Shown: in pieces, positions 8,317-17,781 of the stretch
Layout: each line of letters begins with the position of its first letter
Position numbering within the stretch: the stretch's first letter is position 1
DNA from: an uncultured virus (IMG/VR IMGVR_UViG_3300028641_000003)
Taxonomy: Duplodnaviria; Heunggongvirae; Uroviricota; Caudoviricetes
Direction: 5' to 3' (one strand)
Virus record (IMG/VR): IMGVR_UViG_3300028641_000003
DNA: 64,000 bases
The notes under the pieces: generated by a model
The model's input: only the letters and a program-made list of their open reading frames with translations
Databases searched by the model: none
Told to the model about the DNA's origin: nothing
Position numbers and translations under genes: made by a program

Positions 8317-8822
8317 TGAAAACCGACAAATATTTCTTCTTCTGGAAGCACCGTCTCAGCCAGTGGCATATAGTTGACTTCAAGTGTGAAAGTTATACCT
8401 ACAACTGTTGTGAACAGTATATGATGCATCGTAAGGCTCTACTCATGGAGGACTTCAAATCAGCCGATATAATTATGGAAGAAAAGAATCCAGCCAATCA
8501 TCAGAAACTTGGTAGACAAATAAAGAATTTCAACCAAGAGGTTTGGGATATGAATAAGTATGTAATAGTATTGGCTGGAAACCTTGCTAGGTTTATGCAG
8601 AGTAGGAAGTGTCGCGAGTTACTACTTGCTACTGGTGATAAGATACTTGTGGAGGCATCTCCGTATGATAAAGTGTGGGGTGTTGGGTTGTCAGAGGACA
8701 ATCCAGACATTCTTGATGAAACCAAGTGGAGGGGTGAAAACCTTCTTGGTAAAGTATTGACCCAAGTTAGGGAAACAATAAAGCAGGATATTCTCTCTGG
8801 AAGTTACTATGGAGAACGATAA
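8316..8822 (+). CDS. NADAR family (YbiA-like) protein
   Basis: EQYMM-x-x-KA, KLGRQ, LLATGD-x-ILVEASPYD-x-x-WGVG, GENLLG. Confidence 0.92.
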   Translation: MKTDKYFFFWKHRLSQWHIVDFKCESYTYNCCEQYMMHRKALLMEDFKSADIIMEEKNPANHQKLGRQIKNFNQEVWDMNKYVIVLAGNLARFMQSRKCRELLLATGDKILVEASPYDKVWGVGLSEDNPDILDETKWRGENLLGKVLTQVRETIKQDILSGSYYGER

Positions 8823-9043
8823 TGAGTAAGGTTACAGTTTCCTTTGAGATGCTTGAGAAGATAGACCCCGAGGCGGTTAGGGAAATGAGGGAATGAAATG
8901 AGTTACACTTCAATGAAAAGAGAATTTACAGAAGAAATAATAAAAGTATCTACATGTAAAGATACGAATAAAAATAGAATAAAATTCTATTCAGATACTT
9001 TAAAATACAACATTAAAATTAACTTTGAGAATAAGAGATAACC

Positions 9044-9226
9044 ATGTCTGATTACGATACCTATCTTTACAACTTGTCTATTGCTGAAATAGGACGAGCA
9101 GCAACCGACGCTATGCTTCGTGGAGAACCATATAAGCATCTGATTAAACCAGACGATGTTAAGCGTAAAGAAATACAAGACAATATCAAAGAATACGGCT
9201 ACTATAAGGTTCATGGGGATAACTAA
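9044..9226 (+). CDS. hypothetical protein
   Basis: Short ORF in operon context. Confidence 0.55.
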   Translation: MSDYDTYLYNLSIAEIGRAATDAMLRGEPYKHLIKPDDVKRKEIQDNIKEYGYYKVHGDN

Positions 9227-9228
9227 CC

Positions 9229-9423
9229 ATGATGGTATATCGTAAAGCAACATGGGTGAACGGGAAAAAGAAGCTCACGGGCAAGTGGGCTTATGAATGG
9301 GCTAGTGAACGATTCATCATATTCCTTGATTCAACTGATCCTGTTACGGGAGCAGCCAGGAAAGTCGTTACCGGTGGTGATCATCCAGAATGGGGCAACT
9401 GGAAGAAAGTGGAAGAAACTTAA
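9229..9423 (+). CDS. hypothetical protein
   Basis: Short ORF in operon context. Confidence 0.6.
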   Translation: MMVYRKATWVNGKKKLTGKWAYEWASERFIIFLDSTDPVTGAARKVVTGGDHPEWGNWKKVEET

Positions 9424-9425
9424 AG

Positions 9426-9833
9426 ATGCCGACGATTGAATCTCTTTACAAGCAAATGATGGAGCTACATGTAAAGATAGCTCCGGAATCTTATACGCTT
9501 GAAAGAAACTATAAAAAAATCGTTATGGATAAGCTGATTGATAGCTTCTTATATGAATATAAGATTGATGGAGAGCTTGTGGGAATGGCAATGTATTATC
9601 TACATAAGACTCCTAAAAGAAAAACTTTTGTCATAACTGATTTGGTTGTTGATGAAGCTTGTCGCGGTCGGGGTCATGGGTCGAAGATGCTTTACGAACT
9701 CCACGCTATAGCAAAGAAAAAGAAATGCAACCAGATACAACTTATGGTTGCAAATAAGAATATACCCGCTAAGACATTATATGAATCGTATGGATATAAA
9801 CCGTCTGCTGTAAGAATGTATAAGGAGATTTAA
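9426..9833 (+). CDS. GNAT family acetyltransferase
   Basis: LVVDEACRGRGHGSKML acetyl-CoA motif, N-x-x-A-x-x-LYE-x-x-GY; probable start ATG 9426. Confidence 0.88.
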   Translation: MPTIESLYKQMMELHVKIAPESYTLERNYKKIVMDKLIDSFLYEYKIDGELVGMAMYYLHKTPKRKTFVITDLVVDEACRGRGHGSKMLYELHAIAKKKKCNQIQLMVANKNIPAKTLYESYGYKPSAVRMYKEI

Positions 9834-9877
9834 AGAAGTAACTTGACTTCTCCTTCTTGCTTCTATAATGGTGACAT

Positions 9878-11071
9878 ATGCCTACGAAAGAAACTTTAGT
9901 CAAGATACTGACGGCACTTGAGAGTGCTGGCGGGGAAGTCTTTGTGGTCGGTGGACCCGTGCGTGACCGCATGCTGTCCAAGACGCCAAAAGACATAGAC
10001 TTTCTGGTTCGTAAGCTGACGCTGGAGCAGATAGCCGTTGCTATTCGTGTCCTGGGTTCGGCTGATGAAGTGGGCAAGTCGTTCGGCGTTGTCAAGGGAA
10101 CGATAGAAGGCGAAGTGTTCGACTTTGCCATACCCCGGATCCGGGAAGTGAAGACGGGTGTCTCACACACCGACTTTGCGGTTGAAACGGACCCTATGGT
10201 TTCTGTCGAGAGTGACTTGGGTCGTAGAGACTTCACGATCAACGCCATGGCTATTCCGCTGCGGAGTTTCTTGGCTGATAGCTCTGAGGGGCTTATAGAC
10301 CCGTTTGGTGGCATGGAAGACCTGAAGGCTGGCGTCCTGCGAGCCGTTGGTGATCCTGTGGCTCGCTTTACGGAAGACCCTCTGCGTATGCTGCGTGGGC
10401 TGCAATTTTCTGTGAGAATGGGCTTCAAGATGGAGGTAGAGACGGCAGTAGCTATTCTCAACATGCGAGACAGCCTGAAGACGGTTTCAGGTGAGCGTAT
10501 TCTGGAGGAATTCAAAAAGGCTTGGCTCAAGGGTCCAGCCGATTCGGGTGACTTTGCGGCGGTCCTGAAGCTGTCGGGTGTCGGTGAGACGCTGTTTGGT
10601 AGAGACTTCAAGCCACTGAAAGTGAGTCTCGGGGGGTTGCATGATGAAAGCCGTGTGTTGGGTATGCTGATAGCCTTTTTCCTGCGAGGCGGCAATGTTG
10701 CTGCTATGAAGCCGGAAGCGGTTCATGTCAAGTTTCTGGAAGTAGCCCGTAAAGCTGCTTTCAGTTTCGAGATGCCCCATACCTTCATAGGCAATGTAAA
10801 GCCTCTGCTGCCAGTTCTGCTGGCAGTTGCCCGTGAGATAGAAGGAGACGGCTTCCGTGGATTCGCGGCTAAAGTCGAGAAGATGATAGCCACGCCACTG
10901 ACTGCAAAAGAACTTGATGTCACTGGAGAGGAACTTATAGTTGCTCTGGATATCAAGTCGCCCAAGGATGGCAAGCGGATAGGAGAGGCTCAGAGGGCGA
11001 TGCTGTCGGCTCTGTGGGCTGGAACGCTGGTCAATGAAAAAGAAAAGTTACTGGCGAGCATCCGTCAGTAA
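9878..11071 (+). CDS. cca: CCA tRNA nucleotidyltransferase (class II)
   Basis: VGGPVRD, DIDF, RRDFTINAM, EDPLRMLR, SGERI motifs; promoter 9843-9869. Confidence 0.9.
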   Translation: MPTKETLVKILTALESAGGEVFVVGGPVRDRMLSKTPKDIDFLVRKLTLEQIAVAIRVLGSADEVGKSFGVVKGTIEGEVFDFAIPRIREVKTGVSHTDFAVETDPMVSVESDLGRRDFTINAMAIPLRSFLADSSEGLIDPFGGMEDLKAGVLRAVGDPVARFTEDPLRMLRGLQFSVRMGFKMEVETAVAILNMRDSLKTVSGERILEEFKKAWLKGPADSGDFAAVLKLSGVGETLFGRDFKPLKVSLGGLHDESRVLGMLIAFFLRGGNVAAMKPEAVHVKFLEVARKAAFSFEMPHTFIGNVKPLLPVLLAVAREIEGDGFRGFAAKVEKMIATPLTAKELDVTGEELIVALDIKSPKDGKRIGEAQRAMLSALWAGTLVNEKEKLLASIRQ

Positions 11072-11126
11072 CTTGTTGCTTGACTTTACTTACCCATTCA
11101 TAGAATGACACCATAAGGAACACCAA

Positions 11127-11405
11127 ATGACCGAGCTTCGCCAATTCATCGGATACATGGACACCGTTGAGAATATTGTCAAGGAACATGAGCATATCAT
11201 GAGAAGTGACTACGATACTACGGAAGAATTTCTCCAATGCTCAGTTTACACCCGGGTTGAGGATGTTATGTCCACCCTTGAAGCTTTCAAGTTGGCTCCA
11301 ACGGGCGGCGACGAGCAATTCACCAACGGGTGGAATCAGGCTATGACGAAGATCCGTGTCTATTCTGACGGCACCCGAGACATGATTCCAATGGAGAAGC
11401 CATGA
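11127..11405 (+). CDS. hypothetical protein
   Basis: Promoter TTGACT 11080-N15-TAGAAT; AAGGA RBS. Confidence 0.7.
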   Translation: MTELRQFIGYMDTVENIVKEHEHIMRSDYDTTEEFLQCSVYTRVEDVMSTLEAFKLAPTGGDEQFTNGWNQAMTKIRVYSDGTRDMIPMEKP

Positions 11406-11665
11406 ATGACCTCGAAGGTTATAATCTTTACTACGTTATCAACAAGAATCAAAGAGGATTCTCCAAGATCATTGGTGGCATGGTTGTTGACCAGTGTGAA
11501 TTGCTGAATAAGGAAAATAAGGTATTTGAAAATTACCATCAAGTTGGTGCTTGTTTCTTTCAGATGAAGAGCGAGGCTGAAGAATTTAAGGGTTGGCTGG
11601 AAAAGAAGGGACTTCCCAATCTTGAGGTAAGGTGCTACGAAGTTCCTTATGAAGCAGATGTATGA
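11402..11665 (+). CDS. hypothetical protein
   Basis: ATGA overlap. Confidence 0.65.
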   Translation: MNDLEGYNLYYVINKNQRGFSKIIGGMVVDQCELLNKENKVFENYHQVGACFFQMKSEAEEFKGWLEKKGLPNLEVRCYEVPYEADV

Positions 11666-12267
11666 AAGAATATTTCAGTGCCAAAGTAGACGAAGAATTC
11701 TCGAATCTCCCCATACTCAGTTATTATCCGTATGGGGAAAAAGAGGTATATGCTAACACCATGGGTGGAAGTGATAACCTTAAGAACCTACATCTATCAG
11801 ATTGGAACAAGGGTAAGACGGCGAATGATTATGCCTTAGAAATCCTGAGAGAATCGGGGAATGCCATGCATTACCTGACTCGACACAGAGAATTTAACCC
11901 AACTGATACACAAACCATAAGAGCGTTTGGTATGTGGGAATTGTTTAATCATGGCGTCGTTGGTTGGAATAAGGAAATAACCGAGGGAAAGTCTCTTGAT
12001 GAGATTATCAAGTTGGAAAAGCTACACACCAAGAGAAACAGTATGATACGGTATGGTTATGTTGGCGGGAAGGATCCTAACGAACCAACTGATAAAGATT
12101 ACAAAAGTATTGTCCGTAGAAGCACAATAGTCAACCGAGAGAAATATGGTGTGTATATAGTTAAACATTATCCGCTTTTAAGTGATGTTGGGACTATACT
12201 TTACACAAAACAAGAACTTGCTGCTATTTTGTTCATGGTGATTGACGAGTTCGAGAACCTCTGCTAA
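11662..12267 (+). CDS. hypothetical protein
   Basis: ATGA overlap, 201 aa. Confidence 0.7.
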   Translation: MKEYFSAKVDEEFSNLPILSYYPYGEKEVYANTMGGSDNLKNLHLSDWNKGKTANDYALEILRESGNAMHYLTRHREFNPTDTQTIRAFGMWELFNHGVVGWNKEITEGKSLDEIIKLEKLHTKRNSMIRYGYVGGKDPNEPTDKDYKSIVRRSTIVNREKYGVYIVKHYPLLSDVGTILYTKQELAAILFMVIDEFENLC

Positions 12268-12292
12268 AACTATAAATAGCATTGGGGTATAT

Positions 12293-12591
12293 ATGGACAA
12301 GCAACTAAAGCAACTTCAAGAGTCTTGGAAGAAAATCTTAGAGAAAGAAAAAATAAGTGGCGGTAAGGCTGACGGAAAGACACTTCAGGATATTGCAGCA
12401 CATCATGCTGGAAATTCAACAGGAAGAAAGTATACAACTTTATATTACATTCTCAAGCATCAATTCGAAATGGGGCTGGAAGTAGAGAAGAGCATACTGA
12501 TGACCCCACCAAGGCAAGAGAGATAGCCCTGGATCACTTATGGGAGGATCCGGAATATTACACCAAACTGGCAACTATTCATAAGGATTAA
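12293..12591 (+). pseudogene. DUF5661-like protein interrupted by a 1-nt frameshift
   Basis: ...MGLEVEK then in the -1 frame EHTDDPTKAREIALDHLWEDPEYYTKL...*; TATAAATA at 12271. Confidence 0.75.
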
Positions 12592-12594
12592 TTT

Positions 12595-13026
12595 ATGAAG
12601 AAACTAAAAAAGATTTCTAATTATCTTCTCATGATTGGTGGAATACTGACGGCTCTTAGTGGTATTGTTAATACGACTATGGATATTGTCGGGAATTTCA
12701 AGAAAGAAGATAAGAAAGAAGAAGTTATGCCTGTTCCTGTAGCGACGATTGAGCAAAAGATTCAAGGAGCGCCCGGAGTTCGTATAAGCAAGACAGTTGA
12801 GATTCCTTCAGCGGAAGACATCCCCGAAAAGCCAATGGACGTTGCTGCTTCTGCTCCAGCCCCAACAGAACCAGAACAGCCAACTATGGAATCACCACTT
12901 AAAGAAACAAAGAATACTCTATGGTGGGTACTTGCCACTATAATCGGTTCGTTCGTAGCATCTGTTTGCTGGTACATTCATGTAAGACTACATGTGTCTT
13001 TGGATGTAAAGAAAAAAGATGAGTAA
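12595..13026 (+). CDS. membrane protein (2 hydrophobic segments)
   Basis: Hydrophobic N- and C-terminal segments around a Pro/Glu-rich linker. Confidence 0.7.
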   Translation: MKKLKKISNYLLMIGGILTALSGIVNTTMDIVGNFKKEDKKEEVMPVPVATIEQKIQGAPGVRISKTVEIPSAEDIPEKPMDVAASAPAPTEPEQPTMESPLKETKNTLWWVLATIIGSFVASVCWYIHVRLHVSLDVKKKDE

Positions 13027-13033
13027 GATATAA

Positions 13034-13549
13034 ATGTCAGACGGAAAGACCCACGATTTCATAACATATGTCACGGTCATACCGTTGGCATCTTTGGTTG
13101 GTTATCTGTTTGGTAGTCAAATTGCCGTTACTTTTGCAGTTGCTTATTTGTTTTCGGGACTTATGTTTAATGGCGACCTTGATATTGAAAGCACACCGTA
13201 TCATCGTTGGAATATATTAAAATGGATATGGTTGCCATATAGGAAGTTTGGACATAGGTCCAAGTGGACTCATGGGTTTATACGAGGAACTGCTACAAGG
13301 CTATTATGGGTAAGTCCACTGATATTGGGATTTATTTTGTTTATAGCATTTACTATTGGAATTGGGGTCATCACAGCGTTTACTGTAAAGTATTGGATTC
13401 ATATCATTGTTTTCATCATAGGATTAGAAGCTGGCAGCATGTCACACACTCTGGCTGATATATCGTCCTCCGCATGGAAGAAATTCATATACAAAGTATT
13501 TGGAATTAGGCTTGTTCCTGGGTTTGTCAAGAAGAAATATAAGTCTTGA
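13034..13549 (+). CDS. DUF2227-like membrane metal-binding protein
   Basis: G-x-THD, DLD, HRS-x-x-TH, late H motifs with TM segments. Confidence 0.75.
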   Translation: MSDGKTHDFITYVTVIPLASLVGYLFGSQIAVTFAVAYLFSGLMFNGDLDIESTPYHRWNILKWIWLPYRKFGHRSKWTHGFIRGTATRLLWVSPLILGFILFIAFTIGIGVITAFTVKYWIHIIVFIIGLEAGSMSHTLADISSSAWKKFIYKVFGIRLVPGFVKKKYKS

Positions 13550-13589
13550 CTTTTAATACATATATCTAGAATATGGCGAAGGAGACATT

Positions 13590-13844
13590 ATGCGTAAGTG
13601 TCGTTCATGTCAGTCAGAGGTTGAGGTTGATAGGGTCGAGCTACTGGATTCCCATGTATGCTCCAAGTGTGCGGCTAAAGGCATTGACCAGCCCGGGGAC
13701 ATTCGTGGTTTCATGGTATATGATCACAAGACTGCGCCCGAAATCTGCATCATGACTCCTGGCGAGTTCAAGTATGCCAAGGAGATGACTGATAGGGTCG
13801 GTCAAGAGTCTATCCTTAACAAGATAGTCCACGATGTTCCATGA
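13590..13844 (+). CDS. DksA/TraR-type C4 zinc-finger protein
   Basis: CRSC-x7-R-x8-CSKC; promoter 13546, GGAG RBS. Confidence 0.6.
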   Translation: MRKCRSCQSEVEVDRVELLDSHVCSKCAAKGIDQPGDIRGFMVYDHKTAPEICIMTPGEFKYAKEMTDRVGQESILNKIVHDVP

Positions 13845-14179
13845 GCGTCCCTGACAAAGACTGGAGTATTGTAAAGCCAAAGCCTCTTACAAAAGAGAGG
13901 ATAATACTCGCATGTCTTGAAGAGACTATTAAGCAGTTACCGCTAATTCAACATAGGTTAAAACAATTGTCAACTAAATTTAATCGACTATATCCAACCA
14001 TATCTCCAGAGTCTATTGAGTATCATCATAAAAATTTTAGCGAAGAGCAAACGATACTGTCTATGGAATATGCCGAGGCTATGGAAGCTAAGAGAGAAAT
14101 GGCTGAAAGAGTGAATCAGCAGTGGGCTGATTATATTCATAATCAGGCTACTCTTGAGTTCTATTCCCAACTAAAATAA
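13841..14179 (+). CDS. hypothetical protein
   Basis: ATGA overlap. Confidence 0.65.
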   Translation: MSVPDKDWSIVKPKPLTKERIILACLEETIKQLPLIQHRLKQLSTKFNRLYPTISPESIEYHHKNFSEEQTILSMEYAEAMEAKREMAERVNQQWADYIHNQATLEFYSQLK

Positions 14180-14234
14180 AACTTGCTTTCTTGCCGTCTT
14201 GGATATGATAGTAATATAACTTAGGAGATATGAC

Positions 14235-15323
14235 ATGGCTTTCTTTGGAGTAACTATTGAAGAGATAGGTTCAATCGAACCTATCGTCGGCGCTGATCGA
14301 ATCGTCAAGGCTACCTTGAAGAATGTTGCGTTCTCGTTCGTTGTTGGCAAGGGTCTGTTTGAAGTCGGGCAGAAGTGCCTTTACTTCCCCATCGACTCTG
14401 TTCTTCCCGTTCCTGTTCAGGAGCGTCTTGGAGTTGTTGGCAAGCTGGCTGGAAACGCCAAGGACCGTATCAAAACTGTTAAGCTCAAGGGAGTTCTCAG
14501 TCAGGGACTTGTCGGTAACATCACGCTTATTGATGATCCTGATTTTTACGCCCACTGGAAGCTGGAGAAGGGGCTGGAAGTTCCTACCCCCGAAATGATC
14601 ACGCAGTTCCTTGGAGTTACCAAGTACGAGCCTCCTGTCATTCCCGACAAGGCTGGTAACTTGAAGCAGCTTCCATGTGACCTTAGTGTTTACGACATTG
14701 AGGGTTGCGAGCGTTTCTATGTTCCTCTTGAGAAGCTCATGGACCAGAAGGTTTGGGTTCTTGAGAAGGTCGAGGGAAGCAACGGGTCAGTTTCTTTCAA
14801 CCCTGCTACTGGTGAGACTTTCGTCAACCAGCGCAGACACACCATTGAAGAGATTGATGGACATGAGCATGCTTGGTGGGCTATTGCTCGCAAGCAGAAG
14901 TTCATTGACTTTGTAAAGACCATCGGCAGTCTCTACGGCGAAGTCGCTACCCTCTACTTCGAGGTAGCTGGTCCCGCAATCCAGGGCAACATCTATAAGC
15001 TGACCGAACCTACTGGTTTCATCTTCGACCTGAAGATTGGAAGCAAGTTTGTCAGCAAGGGTGTCATGTTCTCTCTTCTTGACCAAAACTTCGGGGCTGG
15101 TAAATACAGTCATGCTCCTATCCTTTCACACGGCAAGACGCTTCGTGAGTGGCTCGACGGCAAGACCATCGTTCAGGCTTCTAACGGAGAGTCAAAGATT
15201 TACAAGACTCTCCGAGAGGGTATTGTTATTTCTCCCGAGATTGAACAAGAGGACGAGACTCTTGGTGGGAGACTTATCTTGAAGCAGCGTGACCCGATCT
15301 ACCTCGCCGGAACCGACAACTAA
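14235..15323 (+). CDS. RNA ligase, DRB0094/Rnl5 family
   Basis: N-terminal OB module (GADRI, YFPIDS, KLKGVLSQGL), EKVEGSN motif I, REGIVI, LK-x-x-x-P-x-YL. Confidence 0.88.
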   Translation: MAFFGVTIEEIGSIEPIVGADRIVKATLKNVAFSFVVGKGLFEVGQKCLYFPIDSVLPVPVQERLGVVGKLAGNAKDRIKTVKLKGVLSQGLVGNITLIDDPDFYAHWKLEKGLEVPTPEMITQFLGVTKYEPPVIPDKAGNLKQLPCDLSVYDIEGCERFYVPLEKLMDQKVWVLEKVEGSNGSVSFNPATGETFVNQRRHTIEEIDGHEHAWWAIARKQKFIDFVKTIGSLYGEVATLYFEVAGPAIQGNIYKLTEPTGFIFDLKIGSKFVSKGVMFSLLDQNFGAGKYSHAPILSHGKTLREWLDGKTIVQASNGESKIYKTLREGIVISPEIEQEDETLGGRLILKQRDPIYLAGTDN

Positions 15324-15331
15324 GGAATCAC

Positions 15332-15565
15332 ATGAGAAAAACTTTACCCACCAAGCCCACCACCCAACCCGAGCAGATTATAGCCGATAAGGATCTTCTC
15401 TGGTATGTCAAGGAAATATGTGGGGGAAAGGAAGTATTCTCATTTGATACTCAAGAGGAAACCGTGGCTTTTGGTGAGAGACTTCGTGATAATAATATCG
15501 GAAACACAGAAGTGAAAATTGAAATATCATATCTTACTGTGAGGGTTTGGGTTAGAGAAGAATAG
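15332..15565 (+). CDS. hypothetical protein
   Basis: AAGGA RBS. Confidence 0.65.
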   Translation: MRKTLPTKPTTQPEQIIADKDLLWYVKEICGGKEVFSFDTQEETVAFGERLRDNNIGNTEVKIEISYLTVRVWVREE

Positions 15566-15595
15566 CTGATAATCTGTCATACTGACATAATATAG

Positions 15596-15627
15596 AAAAA
15601 AGAGTGTCTTTTTGACACTCTTTTTTT
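15596..15627 (+). terminator. intrinsic (bidirectional) terminator hairpin
   Basis: AAAAAAGAGTGTC-TTTTT-GACACTCTTTTTTT. Confidence 0.7.
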
Positions 15628-15646
15628 GTTTTCTGGCATATTTTAT

Positions 15647-15663
15647 TTGGCACGGCGATTGCC
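15647..15663 (+). promoter_or_regulatory. sigma54 (-24/-12) promoter
   Basis: TTGGCACGGCGATTGCC matches YTGGCACG-N4-TTGC with GG-N10-GC spacing. Confidence 0.8.
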
Positions 15664-15730
15664 TATATGATGTATATGTTTCCCATTGTGGGAAGCTTAA
15701 CATCAACCCTATAAAAAGGAGAAAAACAAA

Positions 15731-16183
15731 ATGAGATACTACCCATCACTTATCGAAGAAATCTTTGACGATGTGAATAGAACATTCGCTGTCATTGACA
15801 CAGCGTTTCGTGACGTGGAGAATAGACATGGACTAAGAAACGCACTACCATATGTCTCTGTTCCTTCGGTTAAATCGTATAGCAGATACGAAGACATTAG
15901 AACTTATGACGACGGAACAAAGGTCGAGACATATAAAAATGGTAAAATTCATGGAGAAGTTTCTTATCATGATAAAAAGACTCCATCCGAGTATTGGATT
16001 GAAGGTAAGCAAGTAACTAAAGAAGCTTGGGAAGCTAACATTGCAGAGCAGGAAGATAAGAAAATTCATCTGATTTATATTGACAATAGACCATATGAAG
16101 TAACAGGTAAGCAACTGAAAGAAGTTAAATCTTCTCTTGAATCTGTATTAAAGATTGAAAGTAAACAAAAGAAAAACGAATAG
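15731..16183 (+). CDS. hypothetical protein with MORN-variant-like repeats
   Basis: ETYKNGKIHG...EYWIEGKQ; AAGGAG RBS; downstream of sigma54 site. Confidence 0.7.
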   Translation: MRYYPSLIEEIFDDVNRTFAVIDTAFRDVENRHGLRNALPYVSVPSVKSYSRYEDIRTYDDGTKVETYKNGKIHGEVSYHDKKTPSEYWIEGKQVTKEAWEANIAEQEDKKIHLIYIDNRPYEVTGKQLKEVKSSLESVLKIESKQKKNE

Positions 16184-16219
16184 ACAAATAAATAATTTAA
16201 GTTAGGATAAAATATACCT

Positions 16220-16414
16220 ATGCCATTTTATGACTATCAATGCGAAGAGTGTAAATATATACAAGAAGTGTTACATCCTATGTCTGGTCCGACAGAAAAA
16301 GTAATATGCGAAAAATGCAATAGTCATAAAATGGCAAGGTTGGTTTCTGTTCCGTATGTAAAGTTTGTGGGGGAATGGCAAACAAATCAAGTTCGTGGTA
16401 TTGATAAATTATGA
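16220..16414 (+). CDS. FmdB-family zinc-ribbon protein
   Basis: MPFYDYQCEEC...CEKC...RLVS. Confidence 0.85.
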   Translation: MPFYDYQCEECKYIQEVLHPMSGPTEKVICEKCNSHKMARLVSVPYVKFVGEWQTNQVRGIDKL

Positions 16415-16452
16415 TAACCCAATATAATATAATTAGAAGGATGACATAAACA

Positions 16453-16644
16453 ATGAGGGATTTCGAATCTCTGCGTAAGTTAGAAAAATTACTTCACTCT
16501 ATGGACTTGCCTTGGAATAGGAAGAAAGACCTGAACCCAATTAAATTCCGATGGCTCGAAAAAAATCTTGGTGAGAGAAACTCTAGCCATAAAGATTATC
16601 CAGAAGCCATGGGGCTTATACAGAAACTTATAGCCGATGGCTGA
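16453..16644 (+). CDS. hypothetical protein
   Basis: 63 aa, overlaps next gene. Confidence 0.65.
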   Translation: MRDFESLRKLEKLLHSMDLPWNRKKDLNPIKFRWLEKNLGERNSSHKDYPEAMGLIQKLIADG

Positions 16645-17296
16645 CTTACCTCCACAACCTGCTTCCGATCAGCCTATGTATTCTATTGACCCAAATGGCA
16701 ATAGAACTATGTCAATTAATGGTAATGTGTATCAAGTTTTAGATATTGGATATATTAATGGAAATCCTTATACTGCATGTATAGTATTATCCGATGACTC
16801 CGTTGTTATTAGTCCAATTGCTGATGCATTTCCGGTGTGTTCAGCGTGCTGGCATCCAGAGGGAATTATCACTGTACCAGATTGGATAACATGTGCTGTA
16901 CCTGTCGGTGGACACGGTTCACTTATCAAGTTTAAAAAGCCATGGGAATGTCACTGTTTAAAATTAATGGGATATCAATCAATAGAAACATCTACTATTG
17001 ATGAAACTTTAACTTTCTCACCAATGTGCGGTGCCCCGAAAGTACCACCCCCTTCAGCGGCACTTGCTTCAGCAGCGGTTGGCGCTGGGTTGCTCGCAAT
17101 AGGGGCTGTTGCATTTTTCAATGCTCTCAACAATGGTATATCAAACTACAGTGGGGACATTCCAAACGGGTTTGATTCGAATATCAATATTGGAGAGGAA
17201 ACTGGGAATATAATCCCATCTAAGTCATGTCCAGAAGATCCCGCTGGTGGTGTATCACACGCTAGTTCATCTGTTAAGAATACAGATTGTAAATAA
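16637..17296 (+). CDS. hypothetical Cys-rich protein with hydrophobic segment
   Basis: 219 aa ORF. Confidence 0.65.
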   Translation: MADLPPQPASDQPMYSIDPNGNRTMSINGNVYQVLDIGYINGNPYTACIVLSDDSVVISPIADAFPVCSACWHPEGIITVPDWITCAVPVGGHGSLIKFKKPWECHCLKLMGYQSIETSTIDETLTFSPMCGAPKVPPPSAALASAAVGAGLLAIGAVAFFNALNNGISNYSGDIPNGFDSNINIGEETGNIIPSKSCPEDPAGGVSHASSSVKNTDCK

Positions 17297-17341
17297 TTTT
17301 TCATCCATATACTAGTGTTATAACCAACCAAGGATAACACC

Positions 17342-17707
17342 ATGGCGAAGATTTACGAGTGGACCTACAAGGGCGATAGTGGCAAGATCGTTGCCGCCAA
17401 TACCAAGGAAGCTAAGCGAGAGATTGCCAAGAAGTTCGGCAATGCTATAAAGATTCCAAAGGGGACCATTGTCAAGAAGATTGGTCTTGCCAAGGCAGAA
17501 AAGAAAATCAAGGAAGTCGAGCCATCCAAGCCGCTTCCACAGACCTCCATGGTTACTTCTATTGACGAGTCATATGTTTTGACTAAGGAGCAGACTTTTA
17601 CTGGCTGCACTCTCATGGTCAATGGACAGGTCTTTGGTGTTGGCGATGAAACCGAATTCATCGTCCCCAAGGGTTGCCGTATTTCCAATGTCAAGCCCAT
17701 CCGATAA
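17342..17707 (+). CDS. hypothetical basic protein
   Basis: AAGGA RBS; Lys-rich. Confidence 0.7.
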   Translation: MAKIYEWTYKGDSGKIVAANTKEAKREIAKKFGNAIKIPKGTIVKKIGLAKAEKKIKEVEPSKPLPQTSMVTSIDESYVLTKEQTFTGCTLMVNGQVFGVGDETEFIVPKGCRISNVKPIR

Positions 17708-17781
17708 GATGGCTCTTGACTTATTGAATAAACTCACCATAATAAAGTCTCAGGGACATAACCTCAACAAAGGAGAATACA

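Noticed and set aside
9769..10695. 308-aa minus-strand ORF and similar antisense ORFs (e.g. 1944..2549, 38547..39182)
   Set aside because: Shadows of well-supported + strand genes with biased codon usage; no motifs or expression signals.
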